A stretch of 64,000 nt of DNA, from contig JAXHMC010000031.1 of the NCBI GenBank assembly GCA_034521635.1, forward strand, positions 62,677 to 126,676. The letters run 5' to 3'. A program made the translations under genes and the position numbers. The notes below the pieces were generated by a model. It ran no database searches, had not been told where the DNA came from, and saw only the letters and a list, made by a program, of their open reading frames with translations. Numbering within the stretch: the stretch's first letter is position 1; the number at the start of each line of letters is the position of its first letter. Below are positions 44,488 to 54,706 of the stretch, one piece after another. Origin of the DNA: Trueperaceae bacterium. GTDB taxonomy: Bacteria > Deinococcota > Deinococci > Deinococcales > Trueperaceae.

Positions 44488-44742
44488 CGCGGGGTGTCGG
44501 GTATAGTAGACGTATACGTTCGCGTTACAACCGCACGGGTTGGGGCACGCGGCACCAAGACACGTCGTGCCGAAGCGAGTGCCGAAGCAACGGTTACGCC
44601 GAAATAAGTCGTACCGAGACGGTTTATGCCGAGGTATCTTACCGGGATAGTCGTACGCCGAGACAGTCTGCGGCGAGATAGTCTGTGAGACAAACGAGAT
44701 AATGAGATGGTGTGCGAGACAGCAGCGAAGAGGCTAGGGGAG

Positions 44743-45426
44743 ATGTCGGTGGAGAAACAGCAGGGAGATGTGCGGCAGGTCGTCACGATCGACGGTCCGG
44801 CGGCGTCGGGAAAGTCGAGTGTCGCGCGGGAGGTCGCGCGGCGCCTAGAGATTCCGTTCGTGTCGAGCGGGCTGCTCTACCGGCTCGCGACCTATCTGGT
44901 GCTGCGTGCGGAGGTCGACCGGGACGACGAGGGGGCGGTGCTCGGCTGTTTGCGGGCGCACGCGGTGAGGCTCGAGCCCAGCACCGCGCACGGCAACCGC
45001 GTGTTTCTAGACGACGCCGACGTGACCGACCAGCTCCACACCGACACCGTCGACACCAACGTCTCGCAGGTCGCCCGCCACCCCGAGGTGCGCCGCTGGG
45101 CCAATCAGCGTCTGCGCGAGATGACCGGGCGTTTTGTGGTCGAGGGCCGCGACATGGGCCGGGTGGTCTTTCCCGAAGCGGCCTACAAGTTCTATCTGTT
45201 CGCCGCGCCGGAGGTGCGGGCCGAGCGCCGCGCTAAAGAGCGGGACGCGGACGTCGGCGCTATCGCCGCGCGGTTACGAGCCCGCGACGAGGCCGACCAG
45301 AAACAGCTCGAGCCCCCCCCCGACGCCGTCTACATCGACACGAGCGACCTCGGTATCGACGAGGTGGTCGCGACCGTCATCACCCATATCCAGGCGACCC
45401 GCACCGCCTTTTCGGACCGGACGTAG
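44743..45426 (+). CDS. cmk: Cytidylate kinase
   Basis: VVTIDGPAASGKSSVAREVARRLEIPFVSSGLLYR. The ATG at 44743 has an AGGGGAG RBS; an alternative upstream ATG is at 44707. Confidence 0.9.
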   Translation: MSVEKQQGDVRQVVTIDGPAASGKSSVAREVARRLEIPFVSSGLLYRLATYLVLRAEVDRDDEGAVLGCLRAHAVRLEPSTAHGNRVFLDDADVTDQLHTDTVDTNVSQVARHPEVRRWANQRLREMTGRFVVEGRDMGRVVFPEAAYKFYLFAAPEVRAERRAKERDADVGAIAARLRARDEADQKQLEPPPDAVYIDTSDLGIDEVVATVITHIQATRTAFSDRT

Positions 45427-45460
45427 GCGAGCTGGTGCGCTTTAAAGATACAATCTAACG

Positions 45461-46375
45461 ATGCGACCTAACGGCGAACGCTTTAAGCTTCAGGCCGCCG
45501 ACCTGCGCCACGCCATCATCACGAGCACCCACTACAAGCCCCAGGCCCACCCGCTCGTCCGCGACACGGCGACCCGGCTACGCGACCTCGGCGTTCGGGT
45601 GACCGAAGACCCCGACGGGGTGATGCCGCTCGCCGAACATGCCGACGGGGTCGACCTCGTCATCGCTATCGGCGGCGACGGTACGCTGCTCACCACCGCC
45701 CGGCGACTGGTCGGGGTGCACGTTCCGACACTCGGCGTCAACCTCGGCAAGCTCGGTTTTCTGGCCGAACACAGCCCCGGCGACCTCGACCGCTACCTGC
45801 GCGGCGAGATCAGCGCCCACTGGCACATCAGCCCCAAGATGATGCTCCAGGTCAGTCTCGAAAACAGCGACGGCGACACGCTCCGCTACGCGCTTAACGA
45901 CGTCATCGTGTCGCAGGGCGTGATGACGCGGCTTATCGGTATCGACATGGCCGTCGACGACCAGCACGCGACCCAGTACCGCGCCGATGGCCTCGTCGTG
46001 TCGAGCCCGGTCGGGTCGACGGCGTATTCGCTCTCGCTCGGCGGCCCGATTTTAAGCCAGGGGCTACGTGCCTTCGTGATCACCCCGATCGCGCCCCACG
46101 TGCTGACCAACCGCCCTATCGTGATCGAGGGCTCGTCGGAGGTGCGCTTTACGGTGCGCGGCCCTATCGGCGAACTCGCGCTCGTCATCGACGGTCACGA
46201 ACGCTTAGAACTCGCCGAGGACGACCGCTTTATCGTCTGCGCCGCGCCGACCGACTTTCTGCTGATCTCGTCGGACCAGCACAGCTACTTCGACATCTTG
46301 CGGACCAAGCTCGCCTGGGGCGAAAAGCCGCAGCTCCAGGACTGGGCCGCCGCCGTACCCGACAAGCCGTCCTAA
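45461..46375 (+). CDS. nadK: NAD+ kinase
   Basis: DLVIAIGGDGTLL (GGDG motif), NDVIVSQG, DGLVVSSPVGSTAYSLSLGGPI. Confidence 0.9.
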   Translation: MRPNGERFKLQAADLRHAIITSTHYKPQAHPLVRDTATRLRDLGVRVTEDPDGVMPLAEHADGVDLVIAIGGDGTLLTTARRLVGVHVPTLGVNLGKLGFLAEHSPGDLDRYLRGEISAHWHISPKMMLQVSLENSDGDTLRYALNDVIVSQGVMTRLIGIDMAVDDQHATQYRADGLVVSSPVGSTAYSLSLGGPILSQGLRAFVITPIAPHVLTNRPIVIEGSSEVRFTVRGPIGELALVIDGHERLELAEDDRFIVCAAPTDFLLISSDQHSYFDILRTKLAWGEKPQLQDWAAAVPDKPS

Positions 46376-46443
46376 GCGTGTAGGCCGCCCTGTTTGGCGC
46401 GTCTCGCCACGGTGTTCGCGCGCGCTGCCGGGTCCAATGGGGG

Positions 46444-47466
46444 GTGATGAAGACGACGATGGCGTCACCCGAAACACTCCCGGACACGATGAGGGGGCTC
46501 GAGCTCTCCGCCTACCACGGCCCGAGTGCGCTGCACCTCGTCGACAAACCCCTGCCGCGCCCCGGTCCCGGCCAACTGCTCGTCGAGATGCACGCCGCTC
46601 CGATCAACCCCTCCGACCTGCTCTTTCTGTCCGGGCGCTACGGCCAAAAAAAGACGCTGCCGGTCGTGCCCGGCTTTGAAGGGAGCGGCACCGTCGTCGC
46701 GGTCGGGTCCGGCCTGCTGCCGCGTCTCTACCTCGGGCGTCAGGTCGCGTGCGGCGCGGCGACGGGGGGAGACGGGACGTGGGCCGAGTACCTGCTCACC
46801 AGCCCGCTAAGCTGCATCCCGCTACGCGGCAAGGTCAGCCTCGATCAGGGCGCGACGATGCTCGTCAACCCGACCACCGCCTATCTGCTGATGCAACGGG
46901 CGCGGCGGGTCGACGCCGTGATTAGCACCGCCGCGCTTAGCCAGGTCGGGCGGATGCTGCACCGGCTTAGCCGACACTACGACGTCCCGATCATCCACAC
47001 CGTCCGGCGCGACGAACAGGTCGCAACGCTTCGCGACCTGGGCGCGACCCACGTCCTAAACAGCAGCGACGACGATTTCGAACAGCAGCTCTACGACCTC
47101 AGCCACGACCTAAACGCGACGCTCGCCTTCGACGCGGTCGCCGGGCCGATGAGTGCGCGGCTGCTCGGCGCGATGCCTCAAGGTTCGCGGGTGGTGGTGT
47201 ACGGCGCACTGTCGGAAGACGACACGGTGGTGTCGCCTAAGCCCTTTATTTTCGAAGACAAACGGCTCGAAGGGTTCTGGTTAGGGACGGCGTTACGAGG
47301 CACACAGGCGTGGCGGGCGCTGCCGGCGCTGTGGCGGATCCCTAAACTGATGGGAGACGTGTTGCAGACCGAGGTGCGCGCCAAGGTGCCGTTAGAGGAG
47401 TTCGAGGAGGGGCTCGAGCACTACCAGCAGTCTATGAGCCGAGGCAAAATCCTCCTCACCCCCTAA
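46444..47466 (+). CDS. MDR-family zinc-binding dehydrogenase / quinone oxidoreductase-like
   Basis: Medium-chain dehydrogenase/reductase pattern (LLVEMHAAPINPSD, cofactor-binding Gly-rich region). Start may be a downstream Met. Confidence 0.7.
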   Translation: MMKTTMASPETLPDTMRGLELSAYHGPSALHLVDKPLPRPGPGQLLVEMHAAPINPSDLLFLSGRYGQKKTLPVVPGFEGSGTVVAVGSGLLPRLYLGRQVACGAATGGDGTWAEYLLTSPLSCIPLRGKVSLDQGATMLVNPTTAYLLMQRARRVDAVISTAALSQVGRMLHRLSRHYDVPIIHTVRRDEQVATLRDLGATHVLNSSDDDFEQQLYDLSHDLNATLAFDAVAGPMSARLLGAMPQGSRVVVYGALSEDDTVVSPKPFIFEDKRLEGFWLGTALRGTQAWRALPALWRIPKLMGDVLQTEVRAKVPLEEFEEGLEHYQQSMSRGKILLTP

Positions 47467-47468
47467 CC

Positions 47469-47798
47469 CTACATCTCGAGCAGAATATGCTCGATCTTCC
47501 CGAACAGCGCGAACGCCTCCGAAGTAAGCTGCTGCGCCTCGTCGTACTCCTGCTTAGCTGCGTGGTCGACGGCGTCCTCGGTAATGCTGTGAAACTGTTT
47601 GTGCAGCTCGCCGAGTTCGTCGAAACGCGGATGGCTCTTGGCCTCGGCGTCCTGCTGCGCTTCGCCGCAGTACCACTGCCCGAAGCTACATTCGTGCGGA
47701 TCCGGCGTCGGCGGGCGCTCTACGGCGTTTTCCTCGGTGTACTTCACAATGTTGTCGAGATAGTTTAGGTGCGACAGTACGATCTGCTCTACGGTCAT
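47469..47798 (-). CDS. CZB (chemoreceptor zinc-binding) domain protein
   Basis: HECSFGQWYCGE fits the CZB H-x-x-C-x-x-G-x-W motif, with downstream His residues. 109 aa. Its stop lies 3 nt from the convergent neighbour's stop. Confidence 0.65.
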   Translation of the reverse strand: MTVEQIVLSHLNYLDNIVKYTEENAVERPPTPDPHECSFGQWYCGEAQQDAEAKSHPRFDELGELHKQFHSITEDAVDHAAKQEYDEAQQLTSEAFALFGKIEHILLEM

Positions 47799-48015
47799 GA
47801 TGGACCTCCTCTAAAGCAGCAAAAGACGGTCTGCCGTAAGAGGCTACTGCACTCTAGCTGCCTTTGATGGCTCGAGCCTACACCTTCAAATGCTCTGTAG
47901 ACACGGGAAGAATGTCCCCCGACCACCAGACAGGACGGAGCGGGCTGCCCGTCTGACAAACATAAAAAACCCCCTCACATGTTCGCGAGGGGGATAGAGA
48001 TTGACAGGGTTTAGC

Positions 48016-49632
48016 TTACTGTGTTGTAAAGCTTCGCGCGCCCGACGTTCCGAAGCGGATGTTGTCGGCATTGGAAGGGCCGCCAGAAAAGCTAGGCTCA
48101 GCCGTCTCGTCGACACTCGCGAAGGGCGCAAGGCCTAAGACTCGCCAGTCGTACGACGTCCCACTCGGCAGATTGAACCCCGAGATGTTGGCGAGATCCG
48201 GAATGGTCGTCTGCGTATCGTCGGTGATGACGAAGAAGTCAGGTCCGTTCGGCGACGTAAAATTGACAATGTAGACCCCGCTATTGAACGCTGACCATTC
48301 GAACGACGAACTCGTATCAATACCGCTAGCAGCATCTGCCGGAAGGCTTAGTTCGGGCGCCGCAAAGAGGTCGACGCTAACGCCGCTGGCGTCGATTGCT
48401 TCGGTAGTAATGGTAAACGTGCTGAGTGAGCCACTACTACCCGTCGCCGCTGCGCCGGCACCCACTAAGAATCGTGCGGTCGCACCAGAGACATCCGGTG
48501 TGGTGTAGGTGAAACTGTTGTTTTGCGAAGGATCGCTGACTACCTGGATGGTTGCCTGATCGCCGAAATTAACCTCGAGATCCTTTCCTAGTAGACTGTA
48601 AGATCCGGAAGTCGCGCTAGGAAGCGATGTGATTGTCCCGTCGAAGTTAGTGTTGGCTATACCAGCCAGGGCAATATCGGTAGTTGGACTCGAGAAGCTG
48701 CCGCCATCGGTAAGGGTGATCGACTCCGTACCGTATCCTGTATAGTCAGTCGGGAAGCCACTAGCATTATTCGTCCACTGCAAAGCGTGGAGCGTGCCCA
48801 TCGTGCTGTTGGGCCCGAACCAGTCAACTGTAGTCAACCCTAGAGTTGGGTAGTTGCCGGTTGTGGAGTTGACGGAGAACGTTGCGCTAGCTTCCGGAGA
48901 GCCGAACACTACCTCCGTCTCGCCGGGAGTTGGCTCTGGAAACTGTCCTCCCGAACCTGCCGAAACCGTTCCCTGGACGGCTGCCGTATTTCCGCTTCCC
49001 GCAGAAGGAGCACTTCCGATAAATAAAACTATAGGGTCGTTACGCGTCAGACCTCTGTACACGACGACTTCGTTAGGTGGGCCGCTTACTGCGACGGCAA
49101 GGTCGTAGGGTGTCGTGACGTTGCTAAAGCTAAAGTTGCCGCTCGCGTCAGTTGTGGTGCTAGCCCCGCCTAAAATGGCTACGGGCGTATTGGCTACCGG
49201 CTGCTCGTTAGTGTCGACGACCGTTCCCGACACGTTTACCGTCGCCGAGGTAACCTCTAGCGTAAAGGTCGCGGTCTGGGTCGACGACCCCGACGTTCCT
49301 TCGACGGTGATCGTATTGGTTCCGGTCGCCGCACTCGCGCTGACGTTGACGGTCAGGGTGCTACTGCCACCGCCACCGGTCACCGGATCGGTTCCGAAAC
49401 TCGTGCTCACGTCGCTCGGAACTCCAGTCGTACTTAGGTTGACGTCGCTGCTAAAGCCGCCGCTGCCGCTAACGTTGACGGTTAGTGTGTCCGAAGCACC
49501 CTGCGTGACGGTGAGTGTGTTGGTGCTTAGCGATAAACTAAAGCTACCACCGCCACCGCCGCCGTTCGGGCAGGCCGTGAGGATAAATAGGCCGATAAAG
49601 AGTGAAAATAGAAGTGAAAGATGTCTACGCAC
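48016..49632 (-). CDS. Ser/Thr/Gly-rich surface lipoprotein (hypothetical)
   Basis: Lipoprotein-type signal with lipobox (RRHLSLLFSLFIGLFILTAC-PNGGGGGGS) if it starts at the GTG at 49632; the ORF track extends it to 49752. Long low-complexity S/T/G-rich body. Local GC is lower than the genome average. Confidence 0.5.
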   Translation of the reverse strand: MRRHLSLLFSLFIGLFILTACPNGGGGGGSFSLSLSTNTLTVTQGASDTLTVNVSGSGGFSSDVNLSTTGVPSDVSTSFGTDPVTGGGGSSTLTVNVSASAATGTNTITVEGTSGSSTQTATFTLEVTSATVNVSGTVVDTNEQPVANTPVAILGGASTTTDASGNFSFSNVTTPYDLAVAVSGPPNEVVVYRGLTRNDPIVLFIGSAPSAGSGNTAAVQGTVSAGSGGQFPEPTPGETEVVFGSPEASATFSVNSTTGNYPTLGLTTVDWFGPNSTMGTLHALQWTNNASGFPTDYTGYGTESITLTDGGSFSSPTTDIALAGIANTNFDGTITSLPSATSGSYSLLGKDLEVNFGDQATIQVVSDPSQNNSFTYTTPDVSGATARFLVGAGAAATGSSGSLSTFTITTEAIDASGVSVDLFAAPELSLPADAASGIDTSSSFEWSAFNSGVYIVNFTSPNGPDFFVITDDTQTTIPDLANISGFNLPSGTSYDWRVLGLAPFASVDETAEPSFSGGPSNADNIRFGTSGARSFTTQ

Positions 49633-50099
49633 AGGTGTTGCCCCCTGGTAAGTTGTGCACGGACGTGGAGAAGCGAACGAAAGACGTACAGTACGCACGC
49701 TTCGCTTGGTGCTTGCTCCGTAGAAAGGCATAAAACGCTGCGTTTTTAACATTTGCTCCGATGTTTCCGAGCACCGCGTGTCGTGCTTTTGTCGTCGCGT
49801 GTGACGCTGTGTTTGACAAAGCTGTCACGCCGTGCAAAAACAGACGGATTCAAACGCTACCAACGTTTTTTTTACCTATTTCTTAGGATAGGATGAGAGC
49901 TATATATTTTCTGTAGGTTGGCTCGTAATTGTTTTTAGAAAGAGGACTTTTGAAAGCTTACTTAAATCATAGGTTTGTCGGGGTGCAGCTCTAGCAACCG
50001 TGCGCTTCCGTACACACGCACTGCTTCCGACTCGGCATTCTGTAGAGACGGGTTAAAAAACTTTACTGTCCTTACGACCCGCAAGGAGGCATCTATATT

Positions 50100-51062
50100 A
50101 TGCACGACGAGCACACGAAGATTTTCGCTAAGCTCCAGGGTAAGGTCTCGCGGCGGACGCTGCTCAAAGGCGTCGGGCTAGGCGGTGCTGCTGCTGCACT
50201 CGCGAACTTTGGAGGGTGGGCGCAGGCCCAAGAAGGTAGCTCGCTCGCGACGACCGGCGGCACCTTTCGGATGATGGTCGGCGACATCGGCGTGACGGCG
50301 GTCAATGCGGCGCGGCTCCAACTCCCCTCTAGTTCGTTCGGCATCGGCGCTCCCGAAGGCGGTCCGGACGAGGTGCTGACCTCGGTCAACCTACCGACCG
50401 GCACTATTCCGAGCGTCGCTACCCCGGTCCTGTTCGAGGTCGGCGGTAACCTGGTGCTGCTCGACACCGGCACCGGCGCTCCGAACGTGACGCTGATGAG
50501 CGGCCTCGCCTCGTTAGGCGTCATGCCCGAAGACATCGACACGGTCATCATCTCGCACTGGCACGGCGACCACACCGGCGGCCTGTCGTTCGACGGCGAG
50601 CTAGCTTTCCCGAACGCGAACGTGATGATTTCGGAGACCGAATACGCGTTTATCCAGGACGGTGGCGACACCACCGCTCAAGCGCGGAGCAAACTCGCCC
50701 CTGCTGACGACGCGGGCGTGCTGATGCAGTACACCGACGGCGACGAACTCTTCCCCGGCATCACCGCCGTCGCCGCGCCCGGTCACACCCCCGGTCACTT
50801 CGTGTTCGACATCCAGTCGGGCGGCCAGCGGCTCTGGCACCTCGTCGACACGGCGAACCACCAGGTTATCGCGCTGCGGCACCCGGAGTGGGGCTTCGGC
50901 TTCGACGGCGACGTCGAACAGGCGACTGCAACCCGCCGGATGCTGCTCGGCACCGCTGCCGACGAGCAGATTATGATTATGGCCTATCACTTCCCGTTTG
51001 CGGGCACGGGCTACGTGGCGCGTAACGGCGAGGACGGCTTTAGCTTTACGCCGAGCTTGTAA
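50100..51062 (+). CDS. Tat-secreted MBL-fold metallo-hydrolase
   Basis: Twin-arginine signal SRRTLLKGVGLGGAAAALA, MBL motif ISHWHGDHTGG, downstream AAPGHTPGH. Confidence 0.75.
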   Translation: MHDEHTKIFAKLQGKVSRRTLLKGVGLGGAAAALANFGGWAQAQEGSSLATTGGTFRMMVGDIGVTAVNAARLQLPSSSFGIGAPEGGPDEVLTSVNLPTGTIPSVATPVLFEVGGNLVLLDTGTGAPNVTLMSGLASLGVMPEDIDTVIISHWHGDHTGGLSFDGELAFPNANVMISETEYAFIQDGGDTTAQARSKLAPADDAGVLMQYTDGDELFPGITAVAAPGHTPGHFVFDIQSGGQRLWHLVDTANHQVIALRHPEWGFGFDGDVEQATATRRMLLGTAADEQIMIMAYHFPFAGTGYVARNGEDGFSFTPSL

Positions 51063-51257
51063 CCCAACGGCCTTTTTCTCTGTCGCGACCTCGGGTAACT
51101 CCGGGGTCGTTTTGATGTGACTGCTTTACGTGAGCTTATTCTGTAACCTCGTCCCGTAACCCCATCGTCATGACCGCTGATTCGTCTGACTGCTGATGCG
51201 TCTGACCCCGATGCTTGTAACGCCAGAGACACGCGCTCGGTTTGCTATCTTGAAGAC

Positions 51258-53276
51258 ATGACCAAGCACCGCACCACCTGCCCGCTCGACTGTCCCGACG
51301 CCTGTTCGCTGCTCGTTACCGTCGAGGACGGACGGATGACGAAGCTCGAAGGCAACCCCGACCACCCCGTGACTAAGGGCTTCGCCTGCGTCAAGATGTA
51401 TCCGTATCCCGAGCGGCAGAACCATCCGGAGCGGCTCACGCATCCGCTCAAACGGGTCGGGGCTAAGGGGGAGGGGCGTTTCGAGCGGGTGTCGTGGGAC
51501 GAGGCGTTAGACGATATCGCTGCAAAACTCGGCCATATCGTCGACGAGCACGGGGGTGAGGCGGTGCTGCCCTACTGTTATGCGGGGACGATGGGGTGGG
51601 TCGAGCGCGACCATTCGCTGGCGCTGTTTCGGGCGCTCGGCGCGTCCGAACTAGACCAGACCATCTGTGCGACCACCGGCGGTGCGGGCTGGGAGGCGAA
51701 CTACGGGCCGAACAAACTCGCACCCGACCCTGACGACGTCGCGCACGCCAAATTTATCATCTTGTGGGGCATCAACAGCCTGCGGAGCAATTCGCACCTG
51801 ACCCCTGCGCTAAAGGCGGCGCGGAAGCGGGGGGCGCACATCCTCCATATCGACCCGTACCGTAACGAGACGAGCCGGTTCGCCGACGAGCACTGGCAGC
51901 TTAATGTCGGCACTGACGCGGCGCTCGCACTCGCGATGGGGAAGGTGATTATCGACGAGGGGTTGGTCGACGAGGCGTATGTGGCGGCGTACGGTGACGG
52001 GTTCGAGGACTACAAGGCGGCGTGTGAGGAGTGGCCTTTAGAGCGGGCGGGGGTGTTTTGTGGGCTCGAGCCCTCCCAAATCCGCACCGCTGCTATCGCG
52101 TTCGCTAAGTCCCAGGCGGGCTACATCCGTATCGGCTACGGCATGAGCCGCAACGAGGGCGGCGGCAACGCGACCCGGGCCGTCACACTCCTGCCAGCCT
52201 TGACCGGCGCGTGGCAACACCAGGGCGGCGGCGCGGCGGTATCGACGAGCGGCGGTTTCGCGCTTAACACCGTGCGTTTGGGCGGTAAACATCTTCTAAA
52301 ATCGGACGTGCGGCACATCAACATGAGCCAAATCGCGTCGGGATTAGAGCTGCGCGACAACCCCCTCAAAGCCGTGGTGGTGTTTAACTCTAACCCCGTC
52401 GCCGTCGCGCCCGATTCGAGCCGGGTGCGCCGAGGTTTCGCCCGCGACGACCTGTTTACGGTGGTGCTCGAGCACTTCCAGACCGACACCGCCGACTACG
52501 CCGACTACCTGCTGCCCGCCACCACCTTTTTAGAGCACCCCGACATCTACAGCTCGTACGGTCACTATCTGTTGCAGTGGGCCGAGCCCGTCGTCGCCCC
52601 GACCGGCGAGTGCCGCCCGAACACCTGGGTGTTTCGCGAATTTGCGAAACGGCTCGGTATCGAGGACGAAACCCTAAGCTGGACCGCCGAAGACGTCGCC
52701 CGCGACCTGCTGAGCGGCGACCATCCCTTTGTCCGGGGGATAACCTTCGAGATGCTACGCGACAAAGGCTTCGTCAAGCTAAACCTCCCCCAACCGTTTC
52801 GGCCCTACGCCCACGGCAGCCACTTTGCAGACGGCAAAATCCGCTTCGGCCCGGCCCCCGAACAGCTCGTGTTCGAAGAGCAGCCGACCGACCGCTACCC
52901 GCTCCGGCTCATCAGCCCGCCCGGCTCGCACGTCCTCAACACCAGTATGGGCAACATCGAAAGCCTGCTTAAAGCCGCTGGCGGCGAGCCCCAGGTCATC
53001 GTCCACCCCGACGACGCGGCGCGCTACGGCGTCAGCCACGGCGAGCGGATTCGGGTCACGAGCGCCCAGGGCAGTATCGTCCGCAAGGTGATTGTGAGTG
53101 ACGACGCCAGACTCGGCACCGTCATCGCTATCGGGCAGTGGTGGCCTAAACTCGCGCCCGACGGTAAAAGCCTTAACGACCTGACCAGCGAACGGCTAAC
53201 CGATTTAGGTGCGGGGAGTACGTTCGGCAATCCGGTCGTCGCTATCGCGCCGCTGCTACAAGAGGCCGCCGACTAG
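51258..53276 (+). CDS. Molybdopterin-dependent oxidoreductase (MopB superfamily, cytoplasmic)
   Basis: N-terminal [4Fe-4S] motif CPLDCPDAC-x-...-GFACVK. Large MGD-binding body. No signal peptide. Confidence 0.85.
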   Translation: MTKHRTTCPLDCPDACSLLVTVEDGRMTKLEGNPDHPVTKGFACVKMYPYPERQNHPERLTHPLKRVGAKGEGRFERVSWDEALDDIAAKLGHIVDEHGGEAVLPYCYAGTMGWVERDHSLALFRALGASELDQTICATTGGAGWEANYGPNKLAPDPDDVAHAKFIILWGINSLRSNSHLTPALKAARKRGAHILHIDPYRNETSRFADEHWQLNVGTDAALALAMGKVIIDEGLVDEAYVAAYGDGFEDYKAACEEWPLERAGVFCGLEPSQIRTAAIAFAKSQAGYIRIGYGMSRNEGGGNATRAVTLLPALTGAWQHQGGGAAVSTSGGFALNTVRLGGKHLLKSDVRHINMSQIASGLELRDNPLKAVVVFNSNPVAVAPDSSRVRRGFARDDLFTVVLEHFQTDTADYADYLLPATTFLEHPDIYSSYGHYLLQWAEPVVAPTGECRPNTWVFREFAKRLGIEDETLSWTAEDVARDLLSGDHPFVRGITFEMLRDKGFVKLNLPQPFRPYAHGSHFADGKIRFGPAPEQLVFEEQPTDRYPLRLISPPGSHVLNTSMGNIESLLKAAGGEPQVIVHPDDAARYGVSHGERIRVTSAQGSIVRKVIVSDDARLGTVIAIGQWWPKLAPDGKSLNDLTSERLTDLGAGSTFGNPVVAIAPLLQEAAD

Positions 53277-53330
53277 CCGCCTGCTGTCTCGTCTAACCAG
53301 TCTCGTCTAACGTTGGGACGGCGCGGGTGT

Positions 53331-54131
53331 TCAGTCGCGCTCGTAGTAGTGGTACTGGTAGAACGGCGCGAAACCGAGCCGTCGGTAGAGTGTTTGGGCG
53401 GGGGTGTTGCCCTGTCCGACTTGCAGATAGACGTTGGTCGCGCCCTGTCGCGCGGCCCAGTCGGCGAGGGCGGCGAGCAGGGTGGTGGCGGCGCCGCGCC
53501 GTCTCGCGGCGGGAAAAGTAGCGACGTTAAAGATGCCGAGCCAGCCGCCTTCAACGACGCCGAGGCCGACGGCGAGCGGTTCGTTCTGGTTCTCGGCAGC
53601 GGGATTGTCAATAGTCGTGTCGGTGACGGTCGCGAAGCGGGCGGGGGTGACGAGGTGGTTTAGCATCCGGCGTCTGACCTCGGCCTTAAAGCCTTCGTGG
53701 GGTTCGGCGCGGAGGTAGTGGGAGAACCAGTCGGGCTCGAGGGTGGGGTAGAGGTGGGGCTCGAGCCCCTCCCTCCCTACCGCATGATGCTGTAACGTCG
53801 TGACCGGCACGCTCAACACGTCGACCGCAGCGGCGTGACGATAGCCGTGCGCCCGTAGCGCCTCGGCGAGCTGACTCGGTTGCGACACCGGCGTGACCTG
53901 AAAGCGGGGCGACACGCCGAACTGTTGGTAGAACGCTTCGACGTCTGCGAGTTTGGCATCTAATGACGTTTCGGCGCTGTGGCCTTCGGCGAGTACCGAA
54001 TTGGCCCGCCGCGTCACGCCGTGGTTGTAGCGGAGCCGCCAGCCGTCGACAATCTGCAGGTGGCTCGCTGGTACCGCGTTGGCTGCGTGCGCTTCGGCGG
54101 CGCGAATCTGGTCGCGTAGTGGGCTTTTCAC
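53331..54131 (-). CDS. GNAT-family N-acetyltransferase (two-lobe)
   Basis: C-terminal acetyl-CoA-binding region LAVGLGVVEGGWLGIFNVATFPAARRRGAATTLLAAL. Confidence 0.7.
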   Translation of the reverse strand: MKSPLRDQIRAAEAHAANAVPASHLQIVDGWRLRYNHGVTRRANSVLAEGHSAETSLDAKLADVEAFYQQFGVSPRFQVTPVSQPSQLAEALRAHGYRHAAAVDVLSVPVTTLQHHAVGREGLEPHLYPTLEPDWFSHYLRAEPHEGFKAEVRRRMLNHLVTPARFATVTDTTIDNPAAENQNEPLAVGLGVVEGGWLGIFNVATFPAARRRGAATTLLAALADWAARQGATNVYLQVGQGNTPAQTLYRRLGFAPFYQYHYYERD

Positions 54132-54265
54132 TTTGTCACCACAATCATTGTGTCATCATAAACAGCATCATAGAAAAACACAGCCCCCCGTGTGTGACGA
54201 GGCGCTGTGTACTCGGGTCGTGCTCGCTTTACAGCACGCCGATGTAGTGCGTGAGGTGCGCGGGT

Positions 54266-54706
54266 TTAGCTGTTTGCTTCGTCGATTTCGACGAGCTCGA
54301 GCTCGAACATCAGGTCTTTGCCAGCGAGCGGATGGTTGGCGTCTAGCGTTACTGTTTCGTCGGAGACGTCGGTCACCGTGACCGGTACCGCTTGGCCGTC
54401 CGGCTGCTGGATCTGTAGCTGCTGACCGATTTCGACCTCGATGTTTTCGGGGATCTGCTCTTTAGCGACTTCGAGCACCATGTCGTCGCGGCGCTCGCCG
54501 TAGGCCTTGTCGTGCGGGATGTGGCTGGCCTTGCTCTCGCCCGGCTCCATGCCGACCACGGCCTCTTCGAAGCCCGGAATAAGCTGTCCCTGACCGATGG
54601 TAAACTCGAGCGGGTCGCGCTCGAACGACGAATCGAACTCGGTGCCGTCTTGTAGTTTGCCCCGGTAGTGGACGCGGACGGTATCGCCTTGTTTGGCTTG
54701 TGACAT
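54266..54706 (-). CDS. slyD: FKBP-type peptidyl-prolyl cis-trans isomerase, SlyD-like
   Basis: GDTVRVHYRGKLQDGTEFDSS, LIPGFEEAVVGMEPGESK. An IF-domain-like insertion and an acidic C-terminus. Confidence 0.8.
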   Translation of the reverse strand: MSQAKQGDTVRVHYRGKLQDGTEFDSSFERDPLEFTIGQGQLIPGFEEAVVGMEPGESKASHIPHDKAYGERRDDMVLEVAKEQIPENIEVEIGQQLQIQQPDGQAVPVTVTDVSDETVTLDANHPLAGKDLMFELELVEIDEANS

